The notes beneath the pieces are model-generated. The model worked only from the letters and a program-made list of their open reading frames with translations, made no database searches and was not told the origin of the DNA. Shown one piece after another: positions 16,901 through 25,049 of a DNA stretch of 40,579 nt (within the stretch, counting starts at the first letter, position 1; every line of letters starts with the position of its first letter). The DNA lies in IMG/VR virus record IMGVR_UViG_3300032125_000009, positions 1 through 40,579 of that record; one strand, 5' to 3'. This DNA is from a virus (Duplodnaviria; Caudoviricetes). Position numbers and translations under genes: made by a program.

Positions 16901-18588
16901 ATAGTTTGTTGCGTTTCGTCATCTAATTCATTGAACGATCCAACTAATTTCGTAACACCTTCCGCCAAATCTTTAATCGCAGGAGCTAATGCTTCCGTGA
17001 TTTCAATTCCAGCAGTTTCTAAAGCGCCCATCATTTCATCAATCGTTCCAGCAAGATTATCTTGCATAGCTGTTGCCATTTTATCCGCTGATCCTGCTGA
17101 ATTTTCAAAACTTTCAGATAAAGCATCTACTTTTTCAGGACCTGCATCCATAAGGACCATCATGCCATTCATGGCTTCTTGCCCAAACAAGGTAGCTAAA
17201 GCAGATGCTCTTTGCTCGTTCGTCATTCCGGCAAGTCCATCTTGCAGTTCTGAAACAATTCCTGACATAGGTTTTATTTTACCTTGTGCATCAAACATTT
17301 CTATGCCAAGGTCAGCCATTAAGTCAGAAGCTTTGCTAGTCGGTTTGGCTAATCTAGTTAAAGCCCCGCGTAAAGTAGTTCCAGCCATAGATCCTTTTAT
17401 TCCTGCATCTGACATTATTCCAATTGCAGCAGCGGTGTCTTCTAGACTTAAACCCAAGTTTGCAGCTGGAGGAGCTGCATATTTTAACGCCTCAGCCATA
17501 TCAGCCGTTTCGGCGTTTGTATCCGCGGCAGCTTTTGCAAAGACATCTGCCACATGCGCGGTGTCACTTGCTTCTAATCCAAACGCATTAACAGCCGTTG
17601 CAGCCGCTTCAGAAGCTAAAGCTACATCTCCACCACTAACTGCGGCTAAGTCAAGAACTCCTGCCATAGAACTCATAATTTCAGTTGTTTTGAACCCAGC
17701 TGAAGCCATAAGTTCTTGTGCTTGAGCAACTTCTGTAGCACTAAAAGCTGTACTAGCGCCAAGATCTTTTGATTGTTGCGTTAGTTTTCCTAATTCATCA
17801 CCAGTAGCACCAGATATCGCGCCTACACGACTCATTTGTTGTTCAAACTTTATTCCAGCCATTAATGCAGCAGTTCCCATAGCCACTAAAGGCAACGTAA
17901 CACCAGCAGTTAAAGTACTACCCGCTGATTGCAAACCGCTAGAGAAGCTTTTTACCTTATCCCCCGCGGCGGTCAATTTAGCAGATACATCTGCTAGATG
18001 CCCACCATTCTTAATGTATTCCGTATTCAACTGTTGCATTTCATTAGACAATTGACCCATACTTATTTTTGCAGCATTGATTTTACCAGGCATCTTATCC
18101 AATTCTTTTGTATATTGCGACTGATCTTTTTCGAGTTTGTTTATGTTTGTAGAAAGTTCTTTTGTTTCAGCTTTAGACTCTTGCCAAGCTTGTTTTGCCT
18201 TTTTTGTCTCAGCTGCGTTTGAAGTTGTTGATTTGCTTAAACTGCGATATTCTTTTTCTAATCGATTCGTTTCTTTTTGTGAAGCAGATAATGCACTGGA
18301 AGTATCTTTAATTTCACGCTCAACTAAATCAAGAGACGTGGTGAATTCCTTTTGTGCGCTTGATAAACTTTTCAACTTATTTTTTTGGACGTCATATTCA
18401 CGATCCAAGCTTTTTAATTGTGTTTGAAATTTATCAGCTGATGAAGCACCTTCACCAAGTTCTAGCATAGCTATTTTAGTTTCTTGCGACATCAACCGGG
18501 CTTCTCGTCCAGCAGAACGCAAGTCGTCTTTATACTGGTTAACACCTTCAGCGGTTAACCGGACGCCCATTTTTCTTAATTCTGCCAT
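13963..18588 (-). CDS. Tape measure protein (TP901-family core)
   Basis: 1541 aa, Ala/Gly-rich, with FEQQMSRVGAISGATG, GIKGSMAGTTLR and LVGEAGPE motifs. Confidence 0.95.
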   Translation of the reverse strand: MAELRKMGVRLTAEGVNQYKDDLRSAGREARLMSQETKIAMLELGEGASSADKFQTQLKSLDREYDVQKNKLKSLSSAQKEFTTSLDLVEREIKDTSSALSASQKETNRLEKEYRSLSKSTTSNAAETKKAKQAWQESKAETKELSTNINKLEKDQSQYTKELDKMPGKINAAKISMGQLSNEMQQLNTEYIKNGGHLADVSAKLTAAGDKVKSFSSGLQSAGSTLTAGVTLPLVAMGTAALMAGIKFEQQMSRVGAISGATGDELGKLTQQSKDLGASTAFSATEVAQAQELMASAGFKTTEIMSSMAGVLDLAAVSGGDVALASEAAATAVNAFGLEASDTAHVADVFAKAAADTNAETADMAEALKYAAPPAANLGLSLEDTAAAIGIMSDAGIKGSMAGTTLRGALTRLAKPTSKASDLMADLGIEMFDAQGKIKPMSGIVSELQDGLAGMTNEQRASALATLFGQEAMNGMMVLMDAGPEKVDALSESFENSAGSADKMATAMQDNLAGTIDEMMGALETAGIEITEALAPAIKDLAEGVTKLVGSFNELDDETQQTILKWIGLAAAAGPVLSVIGTMGQGVGSLIKLGGGLTKTIGGAKAAMSLAGGATKVAAGSVDGLALAAAGAGGTSGVGGLTLALGAALPWIAGITLAVGAGYGAWKLWGEGAYEAGERTKQWGSDIGEEADLALDSFTKLSDEAGLATDLMAFNIEEGTTRAVDAYSGMAEGIKKDIQTTIAETEEGLAGLPESVKKIVAESMTAGVAEQTELIAEVDKIQSAITGIYENALAENRSVTDAELVVIENYHTRLAEIRSETLKLSAEEQRDVQSVMAEDLRTFSAEQLRQRTEMLAEEATVIKDGYDEQAKLLEEQLTSGVLGRSEYNDAMSALNAAEIADLSEIGMEYLKVWQERGDIPLETQKKILSDMGLSYDEIQAQLDLANQKMDQSNKYIAKSSEEASEEVRKANDTWNGMILDEKTGEVKTNLTEVITEASQSEEGWNNLQFIMQNAELDTNAKEEIMDALMANGMWWEMDFPTQFADVETNAGQTATSFLQANYDWENMKYEDQMAILNSNSPETVKQALIDTGVWENLSPTEKEMIISTNAGRAAQIALEATGLWNLLTPAEKEMVVTSNSSEEALKAAEANYTWNGTEWLPKNATVTATSNAPEVAGQSKQAIDKVPELKYSKILTSTNAPDTTSKINVTSSSANILNGKTPYISTNTDAPVTEGKLKYTTVAAQTLDSQKPYIPVTDNSDNTKGKLNATTGAAKVLNSQSPHIPVTDNSNNTKGNLNATTSAAKILNTQSPYITANTNAPKVKGQIDSAKNAAKDKSFTITGFFKKAGDWLGFATGTPATPYDGTFKLGDGGKREPYLTPSGNFGVSGSTDELHPLPKGTRVWPSRQSFKTSARSNDQLKQYLDMIPKFATGGTIQNAYDGYSGLVGEAGPEIFRVAQGKVSIAPITQGQRTQALNSVSGGNVDMSETNGLLQSLIQLIAQGQVIQMDSKEVGRSIYGEVDSIMNRNYKRGSIMSMKGGG

Positions 18589-18602
18589 TCATTCACCCCT
18601 TT

Positions 18603-18857
18603 CTATAAAAAGTCCACACCACGAGTTTCGTCAGGTGTGTCATCTCTCGATTCTTTTTCTTTCTTAAAGAGCATATTAAGCATTGTAGATACACCAACAA
18701 CATCATGTTCAAATAGAAATTCGTCACGCGACATACTAAAATATTTTCTGCACATCGTATAAAGAAAATCCCAATCAACATCTAGCGTGCCTTGCGTTTT
18801 ACTTCCGCCTCCGCTGCTTTTTCCTTCACGTCTGCCTGAAAGGCAATATCGAAAAAA
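18603..18857 (-). CDS. gpT-like frame of the tail assembly chaperone, reached by a -1 frameshift (fusion 19129..18603, 175 aa)
   Basis: The -1 frame is open from the slippery T TTT TTC (18857..18851) to TAG at 18603 and encodes ...LDVDWDFLYTMCRKYFSMSRDEFLF...GVDFL. Confidence 0.75.
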   Translation of the reverse strand, partial: FFRYCLSGRREGKSSGGGSKTQGTLDVDWDFLYTMCRKYFSMSRDEFLFEHDVVGVSTMLNMLFKKEKESRDDTPDETRGVDFL

Positions 18858-19129
18858 TCGTTATAGAACTTAACCACACTTCTAGGATCCGTGTTTTCCA
18901 TCACTTCTTCATAAGATACATCTAAGCCGTTGGATTTCATTACAGCAGTGGCAAATTTAGCCATCGCCGCATTGCTTCCGTTTTGTAATTCTTTATCGAA
19001 TTCCGCTTGATTCATTCCAAATAAACTATCCATGTAAATCCAAACTGCATTATTGACTTTGTAATCTTTTTCTTCACCCGTGATGTCTGATTTGAATGAT
19101 TTCAATGTGTTTTTAAAAATATTACTCAT
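18782..19129 (-). CDS. Tail assembly chaperone (gpG-like)
   Basis: Position between the major tail gene and TMP; AGGAGG RBS. Confidence 0.8.
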   Translation of the reverse strand: MSNIFKNTLKSFKSDITGEEKDYKVNNAVWIYMDSLFGMNQAEFDKELQNGSNAAMAKFATAVMKSNGLDVSYEEVMENTDPRSVVKFYNDFFDIAFQADVKEKAAEAEVKRKAR

Positions 19130-19156
19130 TATTTTTTCCTCCTGTAAATTAAATTT

Positions 19157-19183
19157 AAAAAAAAGAGGCCTTAAAGGCCTCTT
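19157..19183 (-). terminator. Intrinsic terminator after the major tail gene
   Basis: aagaggcc-tttaa-ggcctctt followed by a T-run on the - strand. Confidence 0.8.
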
Positions 19184-19187
19184 GCGT

Positions 19188-19862
19188 TTATCCCGCTGGA
19201 ACTGTGCTAATACGACAAGCTTCTAATGTTAATTTGTCGTAAAATCCTACTTCCAGTAATTTGTTGCGATCATAAATTGCTGAAACGGCTGCCTTACGTA
19301 AATCCGCTTTGAAATAAATAGCATTATTAATGTCATCTTCTGATTCTGATACAGCTGGTTGGTAGACTAAAGCATTCCCTACAACGTTGTAAGCCGTAAT
19401 TTGAGCTTCTTTACTATCCGTTTCTGATTGCGGATTTAATCCGACTGGTTCCAATTGGCATTTAGGCACATTAATAACAACTTCCCGGCCATTTTCATCC
19501 GTCATTGGAAAAGCAAAACGGAAGAATTTACGAATTGGATTTGAATTATATCCATAAATACCTTCTGCTAATTTAACAGCCCCTGTTGCCCACTCTGCAA
19601 ATCCATCAGGCAAGTACGCAGCATTTAATGTAATCTTTAAGTCGGAAATTTTACCTAAATCAGAATGCTTTTTGTTTGATAAAAATAGCGGACTTGATTC
19701 ATAAGTCATTTCTGTTTCTGCAGATTGAAGTGAAGGTACAACCTCTGTTCCAATTTCATCATCATAGATTGGTGCAACTGTTTCTGTTTCTTCTGTGATC
19801 ATTCGTTGGAAATAGCCATCCCCTAAACCTGTCATTAATGTTTGTTTAACTGTTTGTACCAT
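19188..19862 (-). CDS. Major tail (tube) protein, phi13-like
   Basis: 224 aa, acidic, FRFAFPMTDENG...NVPKCQL...SETD pattern; lies before the chaperones. Confidence 0.85.
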   Translation of the reverse strand: MVQTVKQTLMTGLGDGYFQRMITEETETVAPIYDDEIGTEVVPSLQSAETEMTYESSPLFLSNKKHSDLGKISDLKITLNAAYLPDGFAEWATGAVKLAEGIYGYNSNPIRKFFRFAFPMTDENGREVVINVPKCQLEPVGLNPQSETDSKEAQITAYNVVGNALVYQPAVSESEDDINNAIYFKADLRKAAVSAIYDRNKLLEVGFYDKLTLEACRISTVPAG

Positions 19863-19900
19863 TGTATTTTCTCCTCTCAAATTAAATAGCCGATGATTAG

Positions 19901-20269
19901 TTAATCACCGACTACATTTTTCCTTATCATTTCTAAAATTTCGTTTTCTTCTTGATCTGCTGCTGGCCTTAAGTGTGGTCTGGCTGGATCTTTATATGTT
20001 CCAATTTCTTGGAAAAACAAATGTAGGTTTGGACGTGGAGCCCAACCAATCAGACGATCATTTTTTTCTACTTCGTAAATTATTCCATTCACACCAGCAC
20101 CTGTTTTGTTTAACCCTTTAGCTGTTGCAATATGTTTTGCTGTTTTTACAATCTTTTCTGCACCATCGTTCAATGATTTTGGCAATCTATTAAGACTTAG
20201 AATGGCTTCGTCTATATCTTTAAAAGCAGCATCATCGTTACCAATCAATTCGCCTTTAAACTTCATCAA
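19901..20269 (-). CDS. HK97 gp10-like tail-completion/neck protein
   Basis: FFQEIGTYKDPARPHLRPAAD signature. Confidence 0.85.
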   Translation of the reverse strand: MMKFKGELIGNDDAAFKDIDEAILSLNRLPKSLNDGAEKIVKTAKHIATAKGLNKTGAGVNGIIYEVEKNDRLIGWAPRPNLHLFFQEIGTYKDPARPHLRPAADQEENEILEMIRKNVVGD

Positions 20270-20601
20270 ATCACCTCGATTAAATAATCAAAATATCCTA
20301 GTTCTGTATCAGGCTCAATATCATTAATTTCCATCCAATCAGTAGTTACCAACCCAACATCTTCAAGAGCAGATTCAATTAGTAATAAATTGCTATCCGT
20401 TTCTACATCCAAGGCCTTATCTGAGTAATACATTAATTGATACCGAACTTTTCTAGTATGTTTTTTATCACTCAGTCTAGTAGAGGTATTGGAGACAAAT
20501 GAATAGACTATTTTTGGTAATTGGTTTGAGGTAGATTGAGAGTATGAGATGTTGAATCCAAGATTTTCGATGGTGTCAAAAATTAATTTTTTCTTACTCA
20601 T
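20266..20601 (-). CDS. Putative tail terminator
   Basis: P.IVY...SD......RYQL.YYS pattern and neck position. Confidence 0.6.
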   Translation of the reverse strand: MSKKKLIFDTIENLGFNISYSQSTSNQLPKIVYSFVSNTSTRLSDKKHTRKVRYQLMYYSDKALDVETDSNLLLIESALEDVGLVTTDWMEINDIEPDTELGYFDYLIEVI

Positions 20602-20954
20602 GGATCAACCTCCACCAAACTAATCTCAGTTTCATCATTTTTATAATTGTAGAAACTTCTAAAAATTTCAAATTGCCTTGTATCAATGAAAGCTCGCCAC
20701 TCTGAATCGATTTCTTGATTACCACAAACACCTATTTTTTTTGTTAGTTCTTGGTCAATAGTTTTTGCATCAATAATTTCTTGACTGGTAACACCAAGAG
20801 TTCTCCACCAATATTTGAGTTTAGTTTCAAAGGTGTATTTACCTGGTAAAGGAGTCCCGTATTCATCTTTTTTTGGCACTTTTGATTTGAATTCGACTAT
20901 TCCATCGTTATAGACTATCTCAACTAATTCATTCTCCTTCAGAAATCGCATCAT
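20598..20954 (-). CDS. Head closure / head-tail adaptor
   Basis: YNDGIVEF...DEYG pattern; follows the connector. Confidence 0.7.
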   Translation of the reverse strand: MMRFLKENELVEIVYNDGIVEFKSKVPKKDEYGTPLPGKYTFETKLKYWWRTLGVTSQEIIDAKTIDQELTKKIGVCGNQEIDSEWRAFIDTRQFEIFRSFYNYKNDETEISLVEVDP

Positions 20955-21219
20955 CAGGTGGCACCTCCATCAAAGAAAAGCCAAAACTTTGAATTTGTGT
21001 CTCGAAATTTCTATAAAAATATTCACTTGCTCCGGCACGCATATAGCGAACATAATCGAAAACAAGTTGCTTACCTTCGTCGTTATCTAAATCAAACGAC
21101 CCACACCATCTTTTTAAAGTGGAATGAGCCGTCTTAGATAGAGCTTTTAAATTATTGTCATCATCATCTGTTAAGACATGTAAATAATCTTTCATTTCTT
21201 TCAAAACAAGAGGTTTCAT
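20929..21219 (-). CDS. Head-tail connector (gp6/gp15-like)
   Basis: LKEMKDYLHV..DDDD..L...LVFDYVRY...EYF..NF. Confidence 0.8.
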   Translation of the reverse strand: MKPLVLKEMKDYLHVLTDDDDNNLKALSKTAHSTLKRWCGSFDLDNDEGKQLVFDYVRYMRAGASEYFYRNFETQIQSFGFSLMEVPPDDAISEGE

Positions 21220-21230
21220 TTAGCACACCC

Positions 21231-21419
21231 CTATTTTTTATCTTCTGAATTTTCTTTGTCAAGACGAGTCATGACTTTTTCAATATCCTTGTGTTCTTTT
21301 TTGATATTAGCTTCAAGTTCTTCAGCGCGCTTGACCTTCATTTCGAACTCTTCATCTTTTTCGAATTCTTTATTTTCCTCGATACCTCTGAATTTAATAT
21401 CTGCTTTAAATTTAGCCAT
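21231..21419 (-). CDS. Small charged protein after the capsid gene
   Basis: 62 aa, AAAGGA RBS, F.D/E...RAEEL pattern common at this position. Confidence 0.7.
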   Translation of the reverse strand: MAKFKADIKFRGIEENKEFEKDEEFEMKVKRAEELEANIKKEHKDIEKVMTRLDKENSEDKK

Positions 21420-21435
21420 TAGTTATCATCCTTTC

Positions 21436-22614
21436 TTATCCTGCTGGAACAGTTTCTGTTGGAATTGCAATGTCATATACTTTTGCAGCATCATTACTTG
21501 CTGGTTGTCCGTTGCCTAAAAGGTCAACTGCATAAAGAGTTGCACGTTTTACAGCGAATGTTTCTTTATATACATATACTTTTTCAGCACGAGATTGAGT
21601 TGCATCGTATTGACCGTCAACAAAGGCAATCAATTTATTTGCCGGAACTTCTAAAGATTCCACGATGTTATCTTGAGAAATAAACGGAAGGTTGCTTACA
21701 AAAGCGCCGTTTGAATTTTGAGTAGTCACACGAGCCAGAATATCGTAGTAATTTACTGGATTTACAATTAAATGAACTTTCCCGGCTACTTTACGATATT
21801 TCTTTTTACCAGCATCATCCTTACCAATTTTTTGAGTGTATTCTGAAGCTGTTTTTAATACTGCTGCTAATTCTTTGACCATGGTTGGTGCATCTGCAAA
21901 TGTTAATGTACCTGCAGAAGTTTTATCTGGATAAACTCCGCCAACTACAGAACCGTCTAAATCTTTCAACAATCCAATAGGAGATTCATTTCCGTCACCA
22001 GAAACGATGGCTGCTTCCCAAGCTTCAGCAATTGCTTCTTGAAGACATAAGCGAACAAAACGATCTACCCAACGTGGTCCAAGATCTAAAGTGTCATTTG
22101 AAATTAGGAAATAAGCTGTCAAAGCAAGTTGGGTAAATTCAGTTGCTCCAAATTCTGCATCTAATTGTCCTTCTAAGTCTTTGTGCAGACTTCCCCAAAC
22201 TGCCACACCTTTGCGACGAGCGCGGATAACTTTTGTTTTAGCAGTTGATGGAGAAAAAGAAATCATTTTTAACAATGGACGGTCTTCTTGAATGTCGTCA
22301 AAGACACGTTCTAAAATAGTTTCTGGCCAAACTTCATCCTTTTGGAATCCACCGGCTTTTGTTACTTCGTTATAAAAATGATTTTCTTCAGCAGTCAGAA
22401 CGTGAATACCACGCGCTTGTAAAATATGGTTGTCATTTACATTTTTTAGTTCTTCGTATTCATCACGAACCTGTTTCCCAGCGTCCTCAGCAATTGCAGT
22501 AACGTATAATTCTAAAGCATTATTTACTTGTTCAGGTGTTACATCTTCTTTTGCAGAAACGTTGTTAAAAGCTAAGCGAGCATCCGCAGTTTTGTCTGTA
22601 ATTTTTAATGGCAT
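21436..22614 (-). CDS. Major capsid protein, HK97 fold
   Basis: PETILERVFDDI...PLL, LDLGPRWVDRFV, IVSGDG..SPIGLLKD; follows the prohead protease. Confidence 0.93.
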   Translation of the reverse strand: MPLKITDKTADARLAFNNVSAKEDVTPEQVNNALELYVTAIAEDAGKQVRDEYEELKNVNDNHILQARGIHVLTAEENHFYNEVTKAGGFQKDEVWPETILERVFDDIQEDRPLLKMISFSPSTAKTKVIRARRKGVAVWGSLHKDLEGQLDAEFGATEFTQLALTAYFLISNDTLDLGPRWVDRFVRLCLQEAIAEAWEAAIVSGDGNESPIGLLKDLDGSVVGGVYPDKTSAGTLTFADAPTMVKELAAVLKTASEYTQKIGKDDAGKKKYRKVAGKVHLIVNPVNYYDILARVTTQNSNGAFVSNLPFISQDNIVESLEVPANKLIAFVDGQYDATQSRAEKVYVYKETFAVKRATLYAVDLLGNGQPASNDAAKVYDIAIPTETVPAG

Positions 22615-22615
22615 A

Positions 22616-23356
22616 TTATTGTTCCCCTTTTCTCAACTTATTTAAAAGTGATTTCTGTTTTGGTTTTTCGTTTTTTGATTCGTTTGGTTTTTTAACACTA
22701 TCTTTTTTGCTAGTAGCTTTCGCACTATATTGGACCATGGCTTGTGCTACTGATTGATTAATCATTGCAGCGATGTCAATTTGATCGGTAATGTTCTCAG
22801 ATTTTTCTTTCACTTTATTTGCAAAACCATACTTAACAGTTTCTTCAGCAGTGAACCATTTTTCCTCTTCCATCCAGTCGTTCAACTGTTCATTTGATTG
22901 ACCTGTTTTTTCTGTATAGATGGCGATAATGGAGTCGTCAATAGTTTCTAAAGCATTCAACGTTTTCTTCAAATCTGCTTTATTTCCCCAAGCAAAAGAG
23001 CTTGCTTCGTGAATCATGAATGATGTTCCTGTGTTCATGATGGCTTCATCTGCACCAGCTACAACAAATGTGGCGGCACTTGCTGCGGTTCCTGTTACTT
23101 CAACTGTGATGTGGCTTGAATGATTCTTTAAATAGTTGTAAATTTCAATCCCTTGAAATACATCGCCACCAGTTGAATTTAAATAAATAACAATATCATC
23201 TGTGACCCCATCTAATGAATCACTCACTAGTTCTGCATCAATTGATTTATCATCATCCCAGTACCGCTGCCGAATAGTTCCGCTTAAAGTGAGTATGTGT
23301 TTCCCGTCTTTCGATTCATTTGTAAATTCAAACGGGACATTTTTAATTTTCGGCAT
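22616..23356 (-). CDS. ClpP-type prohead protease
   Basis: LNSTGGDV, AASAA (Ser), FMIHEA (His), WFTAEE..KYGFA. Confidence 0.93.
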   Translation of the reverse strand: MPKIKNVPFEFTNESKDGKHILTLSGTIRQRYWDDDKSIDAELVSDSLDGVTDDIVIYLNSTGGDVFQGIEIYNYLKNHSSHITVEVTGTAASAATFVVAGADEAIMNTGTSFMIHEASSFAWGNKADLKKTLNALETIDDSIIAIYTEKTGQSNEQLNDWMEEEKWFTAEETVKYGFANKVKEKSENITDQIDIAAMINQSVAQAMVQYSAKATSKKDSVKKPNESKNEKPKQKSLLNKLRKGEQ

Positions 23357-24470
23357 TTTCTTTCTCACCCCCTCTCATATCTAATGCTTCCATGTTTTTG
23401 GTTAAATAATGTTGCATCATTTCTGGAAGTCCGGTTCGTTCTTTTCCTAGCATTTCCAGTACATCATCCGGTGTAAACACGGCACTACCAACCAATTTCT
23501 CAATATCCTTAGCCATCTCAAACTCGTTGTTATACGTCAATGGAGTGACGTTGGCAACCAAGTCCGCTTCGTAATCACGTCCAAAATACTTCTTGCTGAT
23601 TTCAGTTGTGATAATTTCAAATAGAGGACGAATCGCATATTTGACTGCATTCTTTTCATGCTGCTCGACATCTGCTAGATCTCCAGTAAATAAAAGAGGT
23701 GACAACTGCAATGCATTTGCCACCTTTGCTATATAAATATTCTCCATTTTCTGCAACTCATCAACTGAGCGTCCTAAATAATTGTCTGTTTTTTCTTCTA
23801 AATCGTAGGAATCATTTCTGGTTGAAACGACAACGGAATTATTTTTTAATGCTTCAGACAAACTGCTTAGATAAGCTTTAAATTTTTTCTCTTCTTCACC
23901 TTTTTTATTAGGGTCCGAGAATCCCTTAAACTTGGCATAAATCCTTAGTTGACCTTGCCTCATCTGAACAGACAGTAATTGACTGAATAAATCTACATAT
24001 GATTTATCCAACTCTTTTAATAATTTACTTAGCTTTGAATTATGGTATTTGAAGTGATAAACCTCGCTAGCAATATACGTTTTTTTCAATCCCAAGCCAT
24101 CAACGAAAATATTGCTGTATGTTTTTTCAGCTAGCACCTTGTCATCGACAGAAAACCCGTCCGCTACATACCACTTGTCGTTCAACTGGACCACTAAGAC
24201 TTCGCCGTCCAGAATCATCGTTCGTAACAACTTCGTTCGGAAATCTTTTGCGTTTTCATTTGCGTTTGGCGCAACGTTCAAAATGTAGGACAGCTCTTTG
24301 TCTTTAGTTCGAAAATCCACTAAGTTTGCACTTGCAGTAATCCGCCCCAAAACTGTATCTAAAGCAGATTGCTTTAAATGTACTTTTTCATAATCATCAA
24401 CCAAGATTTCCCAGTCACTTGGAGAGTATCCGGTCAATAAATTCTTTAAATAATTAAATACACCAATCAT
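23343..24470 (-). CDS. Portal protein, HK97 family
   Basis: LNVAPNANENA..F, VYHFKY, I.PL...I..EI, ending YLTKN; lies between terminase and protease. Confidence 0.9.
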   Translation of the reverse strand: MIGVFNYLKNLLTGYSPSDWEILVDDYEKVHLKQSALDTVLGRITASANLVDFRTKDKELSYILNVAPNANENAKDFRTKLLRTMILDGEVLVVQLNDKWYVADGFSVDDKVLAEKTYSNIFVDGLGLKKTYIASEVYHFKYHNSKLSKLLKELDKSYVDLFSQLLSVQMRQGQLRIYAKFKGFSDPNKKGEEEKKFKAYLSSLSEALKNNSVVVSTRNDSYDLEEKTDNYLGRSVDELQKMENIYIAKVANALQLSPLLFTGDLADVEQHEKNAVKYAIRPLFEIITTEISKKYFGRDYEADLVANVTPLTYNNEFEMAKDIEKLVGSAVFTPDDVLEMLGKERTGLPEMMQHYLTKNMEALDMRGGEKENAEN

Positions 24471-24524
24471 AATCACCACCTTTCAATAATTTTGGGTATA
24501 AAAATAGCCACCGCTTAAAGTGAC

Positions 24525-24857
24525 TTAGAAAATAAATTCTGATTCTACTATTTTAGTAGGTGTTTTTACTGACATACTAAAACATGCAGCTTCTTCTTTT
24601 GTAAGACAAGATTTAATAATATTTCCGTTGAAAACCTCAACTACTGCATAACCTTTATGAAAATCGTTTTCGGTATTTTTAATAGAGTTTGAAAAATTAA
24701 CTTCTTTTAATATGGCGTTGTTTTCTAGGTATTCATTGACTTCTAAAATGGCATCATTAAGATTTTTGATGGTCCATCCTTTTTCAGCAACAAAAGCTAG
24801 GACTTTTTGATTAAATTCTTTTTTGTCTGATTCTGATACAATTCTTTTTGCTTCCAT
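24525..24857 (-). CDS. Hypothetical protein inserted between terL and portal
   Basis: 110 aa, AGGAGG RBS. Confidence 0.7.
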   Translation of the reverse strand: MEAKRIVSESDKKEFNQKVLAFVAEKGWTIKNLNDAILEVNEYLENNAILKEVNFSNSIKNTENDFHKGYAVVEVFNGNIIKSCLTKEEAACFSMSVKTPTKIVESEFIF

Positions 24858-24898
24858 TTTTATTCCTCCTAAAATATAAATTGCTGGCTAGTAACTCA

Positions 24899-25033
24899 CT
24901 AGCTGAGAGATGTAGGATCACTTCCTTTCTTATCCGGAACTTCTATTGGTTTAACTTCATCTGGAGATTTCTTTTGCACTTCATGACCAATCTGGCACAA
25001 ATTAAGCAGAAACTGTTTTAAAATATCATCCAA
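24899..25033 (-). CDS. Possible 44-aa ORF (not in the ORF track)
   Basis: AAGGGAG RBS, TTG start, MDDILKQFLLNLCQIGHEVQKKSPDEVKPIEVPDKKGSDPTSLS. Confidence 0.45.
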   Translation of the reverse strand: MDDILKQFLLNLCQIGHEVQKKSPDEVKPIEVPDKKGSDPTSLS

Positions 25034-25049
25034 TTTAAACACTCCCTTT

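Noticed and set aside
16622-18427. Long + strand ORFs (e.g. 16931..17725, 264 aa) and other antisense ORFs in the track
   Set aside because: Shadows of Ala-rich or codon-biased genes on the opposite strand; no recognisable protein features.
18593-18781. 62-aa ORF in frame behind the chaperone stop
   Set aside because: The overlapping -1 frame carries the recognisable gpT-like sequence, so this frame looks spurious; stop read-through is not excluded.
19129-21440. Frameshift extension of capsid or tail tube at GGA TAA, as in Listeria phages
   Set aside because: Capsid: both shifted frames stop within 8 codons. Tail: the -1 frame stops after a few codons; the +1 frame is open into the chaperone gene but crosses a terminator, and GGA to GAT is not a cognate slip. 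No Ig-like domain follows.
24915-24930. 16S rRNA gene fragment
   Set aside because: The match is only 16 nt with no flanking rRNA similarity; treated as an SD-type element instead.
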